The notes below the pieces were generated by a model. That model worked only from the letters and a program-made list of their open reading frames with translations. It was not told the DNA's origin and searched no databases. Below, in pieces: positions 47,882 to 56,437 of a stretch of DNA of 64,000 bases. This stretch comes from Candidatus Kaiserbacteria bacterium (GTDB taxonomy: Bacteria; Patescibacteriota; Minisyncoccia; Phycocordibacterales; UBA2100). Numbering within the stretch: position 1 is the first letter of the stretch; each line of letters begins with the position of its first letter. The DNA is taken from positions 37,815 to 101,814 of the forward strand of contig JACRFI010000007.1 in assembly GCA_016217965.1 (NCBI GenBank). The letters run 5' to 3'. A program made the translations under genes and the position numbers.

Positions 47882-48664
47882 CTATTGTTTCAACCCTAGC
47901 CCTGTCCGGATGAAATACCAATTTATCGCTACAAGAATTACCACCATCACAAGTAGAATAAGCACGGACGTTGAAAGTGCGACGTCAGTGATGCCTAAAA
48001 ATCCGTAACGGAAGCCGTTGATGAGGTAGAAGAGAGGGTTCGCATAGGTGATTGCCTGCCACCAATCCGGAAGCGAATGCACGGAATAGAAAATTCCACC
48101 GAGGTAGACGAGCGGCGTAAGGAAAAAGGTTGGCACAATGTTGATGCCATCTATTGTTTTCGCGTAGATGCCATTCACAAGACCGGCGAGTGCGAATACG
48201 AGGGCAGTGAGGAAGGCGAAACCGAATATGACGAGTGCGCTGTGGATGGTGAGCGTAAGGCCGGTGAAAAAGAGCGATACGAGAAGCACGAGGAGACCGA
48301 CCAGCAAGCCGCGCACGATGCCGCCGCTTACGAACCCAGCGATAAGAAGCCAGGGGGGAGTTGGTGAGACCAAAATTTCATCGATGGAGCGCGCGAAGAA
48401 TTTCGACGTGAAGAACATGAATGACGTGTTTGCGTAAGAAGTTGTGACGACAGCCAGCATCACGAGCCCGGGAACGACGAATGTCATATAGTCCACACCC
48501 TGCATGTCGCCGATACGGGAGCCAAGCACCGTGCCAAACACGAGGAAGTACAGTGTCGAGGTGATAACGCTTGGGAGGAATGTCTGCACCCAAATCCTGA
48601 ACATCCGCACAATATCCTTGCGGATCATGGTGTAGAACGCTATCCATTTTTGGTAGGTGGTCAT
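47882..48664 (-). CDS. ABC-2 transporter permease (YadH-like)
   Basis: RIWVQTFLP, FVVPGL, LTPLVYLGG.FYS, NPLFY.INGFRYG; ATG at 48664. Confidence 0.92.
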   Translation of the reverse strand: MTTYQKWIAFYTMIRKDIVRMFRIWVQTFLPSVITSTLYFLVFGTVLGSRIGDMQGVDYMTFVVPGLVMLAVVTTSYANTSFMFFTSKFFARSIDEILVSPTPPWLLIAGFVSGGIVRGLLVGLLVLLVSLFFTGLTLTIHSALVIFGFAFLTALVFALAGLVNGIYAKTIDGINIVPTFFLTPLVYLGGIFYSVHSLPDWWQAITYANPLFYLINGFRYGFLGITDVALSTSVLILLVMVVILVAINWYFIRTGLGLKQ

Positions 48665-48665
48665 A

Positions 48666-48795
48666 CCCGGTAGTGAATTTTGGCGATGCGCACAGCGCGG
48701 ATGCTGAGTGGACAGTGATTTGCGATGAGTTGTTTGATGTTCATATTGTGCTTGATAGGTTTTTAGAGAATCCTTCGCCAAAATCTACTACCGGG
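48666..48795. repeat. Inverted-repeat element, family C, copy 2
   Basis: Same 21-nt arms as 24119-24186 with a longer, mostly unrelated interior. Confidence 0.9.
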
Positions 48796-48799
48796 CATA

Positions 48800-49564
48800 T
48801 TATTTTTCCGACGTTAATCGGATAAAAACTTCTTCAAGTTTTCCGCCCTTGTAGCCACTTTTCGCTGCAGCTTCTTCGTCGTGCATCGCCAAGATATCGC
48901 TCATTGTGCCGTTAGCGACGATCTGCCCCTTACTGATGATAGCGACATGTTTTGCGAGCTGTTCAGCCTCTTCCAAATAATGCGTGGTGAGAAGAATTGT
49001 GAGACCTTCAGAAGTAAGTTTCCGCAAATAATCCCACATGCCGCGCCGTAATTCCACATCGACTCCAGCCGTTGGTTCGTCGAGAACGAGGAATCGAGGT
49101 TTGTGAACGAGCGCGCGGGCTATCATAAGACGGCGCTTCATGCCGCCTGAGAGCTCCATTGCTCGACCCATCATTTTCTCGCCTAGGCCAAGATCTTTGA
49201 GGAGTTGTTCGGCGCGAGGGCGGGCGATAGAGCGGGGGATGCCGTAGTAGCCGCCTTGGTTGGTCACGATGTCGAGCGGTTTTTCAAAAGGATTGAAATT
49301 CAGTTCTTGTCCCACGAGCCCTATTTGTGCTTTTGCTTGCTCGGGTTTTTTATCGATATCGTATCCGAAGACCTCTGCTGTGCCTGAGGTTTTGTTCACG
49401 AGCCCCGTGACGATGCCGATGATAGTGGTTTTTCCCGCGCCATTCGGCCCCAAGAGCGCGAAGAAATCGCCTGCAGGCACGGTAAGCGATACTCCCTTCA
49501 GGGCTTCCGTTCCGTTTTTGTAGACTTTCTTGAGGTCATTTACGACGAGTGCGTTTTCGGCCAT
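48800..49564 (-). CDS. ABC transporter ATP-binding protein (YadG-like)
   Basis: GPNGAGKTT, LSGGMKRR, LDEPTAGVD, TTHYLEEAE. Confidence 0.95.
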   Translation of the reverse strand: MAENALVVNDLKKVYKNGTEALKGVSLTVPAGDFFALLGPNGAGKTTIIGIVTGLVNKTSGTAEVFGYDIDKKPEQAKAQIGLVGQELNFNPFEKPLDIVTNQGGYYGIPRSIARPRAEQLLKDLGLGEKMMGRAMELSGGMKRRLMIARALVHKPRFLVLDEPTAGVDVELRRGMWDYLRKLTSEGLTILLTTHYLEEAEQLAKHVAIISKGQIVANGTMSDILAMHDEEAAAKSGYKGGKLEEVFIRLTSEK

Positions 49565-49729
49565 GAGGGAGGATTATAGCAGAAACGATTCGACTCCGCT
49601 GCGATGAAGCTTCTCGCAGTACTAGATATCCACAGCGGGACCACATATCTGCTTCACGAAGAGGTAGTACCCTTAGCGCTAAGGGAAATCGGCGGGGGAG
49701 CCAGCGGAAATAATCGACGTACTCCACGT

Positions 49730-50635
49730 ATGGTAAGAAAAACGATCGCATCGATCGCGCTCATTTCAGTTACATTATTAGGCGCATCACCTTTTGCATT
49801 TGCAGATATAACGCGGGACACGGCGCTCCGAGTTCGTGCTGACATTAGGGCAGTCAGGGTGTCACCACCTGTGCCAGTTCCCGTACCGACTCCAACACCA
49901 GAACCAACGCCGGAACCAGAACCGACGCCAGTTCCTGAACCTACTCCGGAACCTGAACCTACTCCGGTGCCCGAGCCACAGCCCCAGGGCTCGATGGTCT
50001 CATTCAACTTTGATGATGGATGGGATTCGGCCTATGAGAGAGGATTGCCATTGTTCGATGCTGCAGACATCGATACAACGTATTACATGACGACAGATCA
50101 TCTCGAATATCCGGACTTCATTACTCCGCAACAGCTTCTTACTGTGAAATCCCAGGGACACGAGATCGGAAATCATTCGATGTCACACGCGGATTTGACG
50201 ACACTTTCGACTGCGGAGGCTCGTCAAGAAGTAGAAGGCGCAAAAGAGGTGCTTCTGAATCTGGGTATTGAAACGACGACATATGCGCACACATTCGGCG
50301 CGACTAATGCATCTATCAATCAGATAGTTGAGGAGGCCGGCTATGTCGGCGCTCGCGGCACCGACAATGGCCTCGTCGATAAGAATTCGAATAGATATCA
50401 ACTCGAAAGCTGGGATATCGGTGGCATGAATTTCGCGCAGGTGAAGCACATCATCGATACTGCGAGTGCGGAGAAGAAATGGGCTATCCTACTCATTCAC
50501 AAAGTCGATCAAGGAGGAGATCCGGAAAGCATTTCATCTAACACTCTCAAACAGGTGATTGCCTACGTGAAAGCGCAAGATGTAGAGGTTGTGACGAATG
50601 CTGAAGGTTTGGCGAAAATGCATCAGATCCAATAG
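49730..50635 (+). CDS. Secreted polysaccharide deacetylase with Pro/Glu/Thr linker
   Basis: Signal peptide, PEPTP repeats, FNFDDG, GHEIGNHSMSH. Confidence 0.88.
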   Translation: MVRKTIASIALISVTLLGASPFAFADITRDTALRVRADIRAVRVSPPVPVPVPTPTPEPTPEPEPTPVPEPTPEPEPTPVPEPQPQGSMVSFNFDDGWDSAYERGLPLFDAADIDTTYYMTTDHLEYPDFITPQQLLTVKSQGHEIGNHSMSHADLTTLSTAEARQEVEGAKEVLLNLGIETTTYAHTFGATNASINQIVEEAGYVGARGTDNGLVDKNSNRYQLESWDIGGMNFAQVKHIIDTASAEKKWAILLIHKVDQGGDPESISSNTLKQVIAYVKAQDVEVVTNAEGLAKMHQIQ

Positions 50636-50657
50636 GCGATACGTGCCGCGACTCTGC

Positions 50658-51383
50658 TCATTTCAGGACCTCTGAAAGATACTCATAGGTCGCGTTATAA
50701 TCGTTGACCGACCTTGTCGGGATGATGCCAATGACTGTTTCGTCATTGCCTCCCGGAAAAAGTGCGTCGCCCACATATATGCAATCGTCCGTGTTCCACC
50801 CTTCTCGGCCTATCAATTCTTTTACGTTAAATCCTTTGTTCTTTCCGCCTTCGAAGCAATCCAGTGTCGTGGTGCCTCCAGAGCGTATCTCTACTGAATG
50901 GTTCTCCCGTAGTTCGTTGACGCTGCCTTTGAAACGATCTAAGAGCGCCCTGCGTTTGGAGTGGTCTGGATCGAACGCCTCTTTTTTCTCTATGTCTTCG
51001 TTATGCCCGATAAGGCTGTAGCAGATGGAGCTGCCTCTGTCTTCAACAAGGTCATCTACGTCACGCACTTTGAGACGAAGGTCGCGCTTCATGTCTTCGA
51101 CAAGAGAGAGAACCGCGCCTTTTTGTTCTGGAGTTAATGTGTTCTCCCACAAGAGTTCTCCCTGCGGTGTCTCAGCGTGATTTCCATTCTGCGCGAGAAT
51201 GAAATATTTCCCGTCCAACGCTTCCCCAAGCTGCTTTTGAATTTGCTTTTTTTGTCCGCCAGTAACGACGATGACGTCCGCTTTTGTAGCGAGCCGCTCG
51301 AGGATCGCGGCGTGTTCTGCGGTGATTTTATTGCGGCTTCGCGTGAGTGTGTTATCTAGGTCGAAAAAGAAATGTTTTGGCAT
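50658..51383 (-). CDS. HAD-IIB hydrolase, phosphomannomutase-like
   Basis: FFDLDNTL, EDRGS, GGTTTLD, NKG, YVGDALFPGGND. Confidence 0.88.
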   Translation of the reverse strand: MPKHFFFDLDNTLTRSRNKITAEHAAILERLATKADVIVVTGGQKKQIQKQLGEALDGKYFILAQNGNHAETPQGELLWENTLTPEQKGAVLSLVEDMKRDLRLKVRDVDDLVEDRGSSICYSLIGHNEDIEKKEAFDPDHSKRRALLDRFKGSVNELRENHSVEIRSGGTTTLDCFEGGKNKGFNVKELIGREGWNTDDCIYVGDALFPGGNDETVIGIIPTRSVNDYNATYEYLSEVLK

Positions 51384-51414
51384 GGAATCGCAAGCATTGT
51401 ATCATCGGCATGTG

Positions 51415-51687
51415 ATGAAAGCATTTCGGGCGATCGTGCACGGGAGGGTCCAAATGGTGATGTACCGCGACTTTGCGCAGCGCAATGCGCGATCGCGTGG
51501 CGTCGTTGGAACTGTGCGGAACCTTAAAGACGGTACGGTCGAGGTGATGGCAGAAGGGGGTGAAAGTATCTTGAACGAATACGTTGAGCGCTTGAAGAAA
51601 GGCTCGCTGTTATCTCGTGTCGAAAAAGTGAATGTCGAGTGGCGAGAACCAATGCGCGGATTTTCTGACTTCGAAATCCTCTACTGA
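51415..51687 (+). CDS. acyP: Acylphosphatase
   Basis: VHGRVQMVMYR, GTVRNLKDGTVEV.AEG. Confidence 0.88.
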   Translation: MKAFRAIVHGRVQMVMYRDFAQRNARSRGVVGTVRNLKDGTVEVMAEGGESILNEYVERLKKGSLLSRVEKVNVEWREPMRGFSDFEILY

Positions 51688-52370
51688 CTTAGAGGTGACA
51701 CCTCTAAGTCTTTGTAGTAGGAAGTCGATTCTGTGAGGAGCTCACGAATTGGTGGCAGATTATCATTGATCAACGAGAACAGTTCGTTGTTAAGAATGTT
51801 TTTTTGAGTGCGGTCTTTTTCGGCGTATGCCGAGAAGCTGGAATAGGGATATTCGATCAGGTATTTTTGCAAGGCGCGAAGATCTTTCACCTTCCCTTGT
51901 TTCCAACTTGCCTCGAACAATTCAGCAGGATTCAGATGAATGTATTGTGCGACTTTGCGTAAATATGCGTCGTTATCGATGTGCTTGGACCGAAATGGCT
52001 TGACGAAAAGATTACCAACGCGAGCGTTTTTGATATTGAAATACATCGTATAGCCAGTGCCAACTTTGCGCATAAACTGTGTGATACCTCCTTCCGTAAT
52101 CTCCTGTAGAAGAATATGGAAGTGGTTCGGCATGAGACAGAATGCGCCCACTGCAACGATGGGTCGGATTCTTGGTAGTTGCAGTATTTCTGGCAGTGTA
52201 CGTCTCTCAAAAAGCGGCCGTTGGATAGGTTTTGAATCGTTCGCCAAATAGAGCAACTGTATAAATCGTTCATAGTCTGCCCTGGACTCAAATGTGGTTC
52301 GTTTTTCAACACCACGACTAAAGCAGTGATACCATTCGTCGACCGCAAAGGGTATTCGACGGTACGTCAT
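51681..52370 (-). mobile_element. HUH/Y1 tyrosine transposase (RAYT / IS200-like TnpA)
   Basis: YHCFSRG, FCLMPNHFHILL (HUH), YIHLNP (catalytic Tyr), YPYSS; flanked by palindromes. Confidence 0.88.
51686..51710. repeat. REP-like palindrome, family E (3' end of the transposase gene)
   Basis: GACTTAGAGGTG-A-CACCTCTAAGTC. Confidence 0.92.
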
Positions 52371-52388
52371 TCCAGCATTATAGAGCCA

Positions 52389-52413
52389 AACTTAGAGGTG
52401 TCACCTCTAAGTT
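52389..52413. repeat. REP-like palindrome, family E (upstream of the transposase gene)
   Basis: AACTTAGAGGTG-T-CACCTCTAAGTT. Confidence 0.92.
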
Positions 52414-52425
52414 GTGAAGGAGTTT

Positions 52426-53709
52426 CTATCGGGTTCGGTAGATGCGGTAGATGGCGCCGGCTCGGTCGTCTGAGACATACATTGTGCCGCCGGGCTGAAT
52501 AAGAATATCGACGGGCCGGCCGATGACAGTGCGACCGTCGCCTGCCTGCGCAGGCAGGATAAAACCAGCCATGAAATCGCTCACTTCACCGGTTGGTTTG
52601 CCGTGCGGATCGAGATCGAATCGCACTATCTTGTACCCCGTCGGCGTCGAGCGATTCCACGAACCGTGATACGCGACAAAAAGGTCATGCCAGTAATCCT
52701 CGGGCCATCCTTCTTCCGGTACGAATGCGAGTCCGAGCGGTGCTGAATGCGCGGGGATATCTATGTGCGAAGGAATCTCGAAAGGCTCCATGCAGGGATT
52801 TCGGAAGTACGTATTTTTATCGTATGCACTGTCGTGCACATTCTTTCCGTAGCAGATGGGCCAGCCGTAGTTTTTTCCCCTTTCTAGGATATTCACCTCG
52901 TCAGGCGGTGTATCGTCGCCGAGCAGATCGCGTCCCATCTCGGTGCCCCATATTTCTCCTGTCACGGGATGTATTGCCATAAAGACCATGTTGCGCAACC
53001 CGGTTGAAAAGTCGGTCGGGGTGCCGAATGCGCCCTCCTCGATATCAATTGCGAGCACTTTCGCACGCCGCGCATCTTTTTCCTCGCACACGTTGCATGA
53101 TGAGCCGACGGAAACCAGTAACGTCTTGCCGTCTGGGTGTAAAAGCAGTGTTCGTGTCGAATGTCCGCCGCTTTGTGGCAGGGAAACAATTGTACGCGGC
53201 GAGGAAACAGTAAACGTATCTGCGTCATAGGCATACGATCGGACAACGTCTTCTTCCGCGACATACAGCCGGCACGCATCCTGGCGCGCGCTTTCACTGC
53301 CTGTGCCTGCCCCGTTAGAGGCCGGAGGCTCTCTAATGGGGTCCGGGCAGTGGATAAGGATGCCATGGGGATTTCGCAATCCTTCTAAGATCGTGATTAC
53401 CTCGTCAGCTTTTCCGTTCGAATCGATGTCGGGGAGTGCGACAATTTTTCCTTTGGACATGAGTGAGGCAAGAAGCGTTCCTTTTGGGTCACGCGTGAGG
53501 GCGCGTGCGCCAGGCGTTTCTCTCGAGAAAACCGATACGGAAAATCCTTGCGGCACAGTGAACGGTAGGTCTTCGTCGCCCGCAGGCAGTTCCGGGGCAG
53601 GGGAGATAATGGGGAGCGCGCCGGACGCTTCTTGATAGATGCGAAGGGCAAACCAGACGGCGACAACTGCGAGGACGAGAGCCGCGAGAGCGATAAGCTT
53701 TTTCTTCAT
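52426..53709 (-). CDS. PQQ-dependent sugar/sorbosone dehydrogenase family beta-propeller
   Basis: GGHSTR, SVGSSCNVC, GLRN, GRD.LGDD.PPDE, YGWP.C, AHSAPLGL, HGSWNRS, GRPVD. Confidence 0.9.
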   Translation of the reverse strand: MKKKLIALAALVLAVVAVWFALRIYQEASGALPIISPAPELPAGDEDLPFTVPQGFSVSVFSRETPGARALTRDPKGTLLASLMSKGKIVALPDIDSNGKADEVITILEGLRNPHGILIHCPDPIREPPASNGAGTGSESARQDACRLYVAEEDVVRSYAYDADTFTVSSPRTIVSLPQSGGHSTRTLLLHPDGKTLLVSVGSSCNVCEEKDARRAKVLAIDIEEGAFGTPTDFSTGLRNMVFMAIHPVTGEIWGTEMGRDLLGDDTPPDEVNILERGKNYGWPICYGKNVHDSAYDKNTYFRNPCMEPFEIPSHIDIPAHSAPLGLAFVPEEGWPEDYWHDLFVAYHGSWNRSTPTGYKIVRFDLDPHGKPTGEVSDFMAGFILPAQAGDGRTVIGRPVDILIQPGGTMYVSDDRAGAIYRIYRTR

Positions 53710-53713
53710 AGCG

Positions 53714-56317
53714 CTATCTCGTTGTTACCATACTGCGGAATATCCATTTGGTCGTCTCGACTATCGTGATGTTGAAGAATACCCACACGATGACTATCCA
53801 CAAGAGTGAGAGAGGCGGCGCGGCTTCGATGTGGAAGATCGGGCGAATCGCAGGTATCGCTACCGTCGCTAGCATGAGGCCAATGCCTATGATGACGCTC
53901 CAGTTCAGCTCTCGATTAGAGAAGATTGGGTACGTGAATAGCGGGCGGCGGAGGCTCCGGAAACAGTATGCGACGACAAGTACGTACGAGGCGAAACACA
54001 GGAAGAGAATGGTTCGCGCTTCTTCAAGAGGAATTTCGAACGCGAGCAAAATGTAGTAAAGAAAAAAGAGAAGAAGCGACGTGATAGCGCCGATTCCGAG
54101 CGTGAGGACCCGCACCTTCGTGTCGAAAATGGCGCCGGCGCCTCGCGAATGGGACGGTTGCTCACTGTAGAGATGCTCAAACGCGTAAGAAAGCGCAGGC
54201 AAAGAGCCGGTGATGAAATTTACCCAGATTATCTGCAGTGCAGAAAGGGGAAGCGGGAGCCCGACGAGAAGCGAACCGCCAATGAGCACGACTTCGTCGA
54301 AGCAGCTGGTCATCAGGTACACGAATGCTTTCCGCGTGTTCGCGAGAATGCGCCGTCCTTCCTCGATAGCCGCAACGATAGTTTTGAAGTTATCGTCGAG
54401 GAGGACGACGTCTGCGGCGCTTTTCGCAACATCTGTTCCACTTCCCAGTGCGATGCCGATATCTGCCGAGCGCAACACTGGTGCGTCATTAACCCCGTCG
54501 CCGGTCATTGCGACGATCTCCCCTTGTTCGCGAAGAATTTTTCCGATGCGCAGCTTATCCTCTGGCGTAACACGTGAGAATATTTTGATAGTCGGCAACG
54601 CTTTTTTCAGCTCTTCATCGGAAAGCGCGCGTAGCTCGGAGCCATCAAGTGCATGCCCTTCATGCACGTCCCATCCGAGGTCGCGGGCAATGGCGATTGC
54701 GGTGCCTTTTAAGTCTCCGGTCACCATGATTGCACGTGCGCCAAGCTCTTCCATCCGTTTCAGCGCACCTTTTGCTTCCGGGCGGATAGGGTCCCGAAAA
54801 ATAAGAATGCCTAGGAAATCCAGTTTCTGCGCGTCATCAGGCTCAGCGTTGTCCTTCGCGTGTCCGTGAAGCCGCGCGACCCCGAGAAGCCGCTTTCCTT
54901 CTCCACTTATTTTTTTTACGTGCGCTTCAATCGCAAGGAAATCATCTTTCGACATTGTCGAGCGCTGAAGCAAAATGTCCGGCGCGCCGATAACGAAATG
55001 CTCATTATGTTCATTGCGCACGATGGAAAATTTGTTCGTTGAATTGAATGCAAGAAGCGGCGGATGTTTTTCCTTCATGCGGGCAGCGACATCGAATTTT
55101 TCGGCGTGAGCAGCACGGGCAATGGAAACGTCGAGCGAGCGCCCGCCAAATAACATTTCCTTGCCTTTTGTTTCTATGGTTACGTCGATGCCGAGAAGCG
55201 CGGCTTCGAGTAGCGCGCGTTTCGCGGAACGAGACGTATCTTCTTTCTGTGCGCCCCCCGCAATTGCTTCTTCTTTTGTTTCAATGCCGACGAGACGCAT
55301 GTTCGCTTGCGTGAGCGTTCCCGTCTTGTCGGTGAGTATTACTGTTGCTGAGCCCAGCGTCTCTGCAGCAGCGAGATTGCGAATGACCCCCTTTCTCTCT
55401 GCGAGTCGCATGACTCCCACCGCAAGAATGACCGTAAGCGCGATGGGAAGCGCTTCGGGGACTGCGCCAACCGCAACAGCGGATGCCATAAGTAGCATTT
55501 CGAGGAACGGGACGCCTCGCGATATCCCGATGAAGAACATGACGGCAACGAGAGACGAAACCCCTATAAAGATGAGCCACGCGATATTGGAAAGTGCCTT
55601 CTGCAAGGGCGTCTCTTGATGCCCCGTGCTCTTCACGAGTTCCGCGATGCGCCCAATCTCTGTTCTGCCGTTCGTTTCTGAAACGACCGCGAGTCCCGTT
55701 CCGTCAACGACCATTGTTCCGGCGTATGCCATGTTTGTTCTGTCCGCCACCCCTGCCGCATCGGAAACAGTATCGGTGTTCTTTTGGACGGGGAGCGATT
55801 CGCCCGTGAGTATCGATTCGTCGATAAAAAGGTTCGAAGCAGAAATGATGCGCGCGTCTGCAGGAACGCGCGCGCCATAGGCGAGGCGCACCACGTCTCC
55901 AGGGACCAGGAATTCTGAATCAACTTCCGTCTCACTGCCTCCGCGTATGACGCGGGCGCGTTCTTTAATGTAGGTCGTGAGCTTTGCGAGAGTATTCTCT
56001 GCGCGATACTCTTGATAAAAGCCGAGTCCCGCATTCACAAAGACTGCGAGCAATACAACCGATGCATCGACCCACTCCTTCAGAAGCATCGTAATGCCGG
56101 CTGCCACAAGCAGGATAAAAATGAGAGGGGATGCGAATTGGCGCAGCAGTATTGCGAACGCATCAAGGCGTGTTCCTTTTGGAAGCGTGTTCGGGCCAAA
56201 ATGCGACATCCTTTTTTTCACTTCCGAATCCGAAAGTCCCTCGTGCCTTGCTTCGAGTGTCTTTAATGCTTCGTCAGAGGACAGAGCCCACGGGACATTT
56301 TTTTGCATCTTACCCAT
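53714..56317 (-). CDS. Cation-transporting P-type ATPase (type II, Ca2+-like)
   Basis: LTGES, PEALP, DKTGTLT, TGD, MTGDGVNDAP. Confidence 0.95.
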   Translation of the reverse strand: MGKMQKNVPWALSSDEALKTLEARHEGLSDSEVKKRMSHFGPNTLPKGTRLDAFAILLRQFASPLIFILLVAAGITMLLKEWVDASVVLLAVFVNAGLGFYQEYRAENTLAKLTTYIKERARVIRGGSETEVDSEFLVPGDVVRLAYGARVPADARIISASNLFIDESILTGESLPVQKNTDTVSDAAGVADRTNMAYAGTMVVDGTGLAVVSETNGRTEIGRIAELVKSTGHQETPLQKALSNIAWLIFIGVSSLVAVMFFIGISRGVPFLEMLLMASAVAVGAVPEALPIALTVILAVGVMRLAERKGVIRNLAAAETLGSATVILTDKTGTLTQANMRLVGIETKEEAIAGGAQKEDTSRSAKRALLEAALLGIDVTIETKGKEMLFGGRSLDVSIARAAHAEKFDVAARMKEKHPPLLAFNSTNKFSIVRNEHNEHFVIGAPDILLQRSTMSKDDFLAIEAHVKKISGEGKRLLGVARLHGHAKDNAEPDDAQKLDFLGILIFRDPIRPEAKGALKRMEELGARAIMVTGDLKGTAIAIARDLGWDVHEGHALDGSELRALSDEELKKALPTIKIFSRVTPEDKLRIGKILREQGEIVAMTGDGVNDAPVLRSADIGIALGSGTDVAKSAADVVLLDDNFKTIVAAIEEGRRILANTRKAFVYLMTSCFDEVVLIGGSLLVGLPLPLSALQIIWVNFITGSLPALSYAFEHLYSEQPSHSRGAGAIFDTKVRVLTLGIGAITSLLLFFLYYILLAFEIPLEEARTILFLCFASYVLVVAYCFRSLRRPLFTYPIFSNRELNWSVIIGIGLMLATVAIPAIRPIFHIEAAPPLSLLWIVIVWVFFNITIVETTKWIFRSMVTTR

Positions 56318-56437
56318 TATATCCTCCTCTTTGGTTGTCCACAGATGTTCTTCATTCTATTGTCACGCTTACGATATACAATTGCCATATTAGTCCTCCC
56401 GCGTGAATCATGGGCGCGCGTTAGCATACGTTTCTCT

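Noticed and set aside
48665-48781. N-terminal extension of the ABC permease in the ORF track
   Set aside because: It is read-through of the family C element; homology starts at ATG 48664. ORF-track extensions at 13939, 24153 and 59606 are rejected for the same reason.
49860-49985. PEPTP repeat as a mobile or regulatory repeat
   Set aside because: It is an ordinary Pro-rich linker with degenerate codons.
51415-51687. Acylphosphatase pseudogene (QMVMYR instead of QGVGFR)
   Set aside because: The catalytic Arg and Asn are retained and the ORF is full length; it is treated as a variant.
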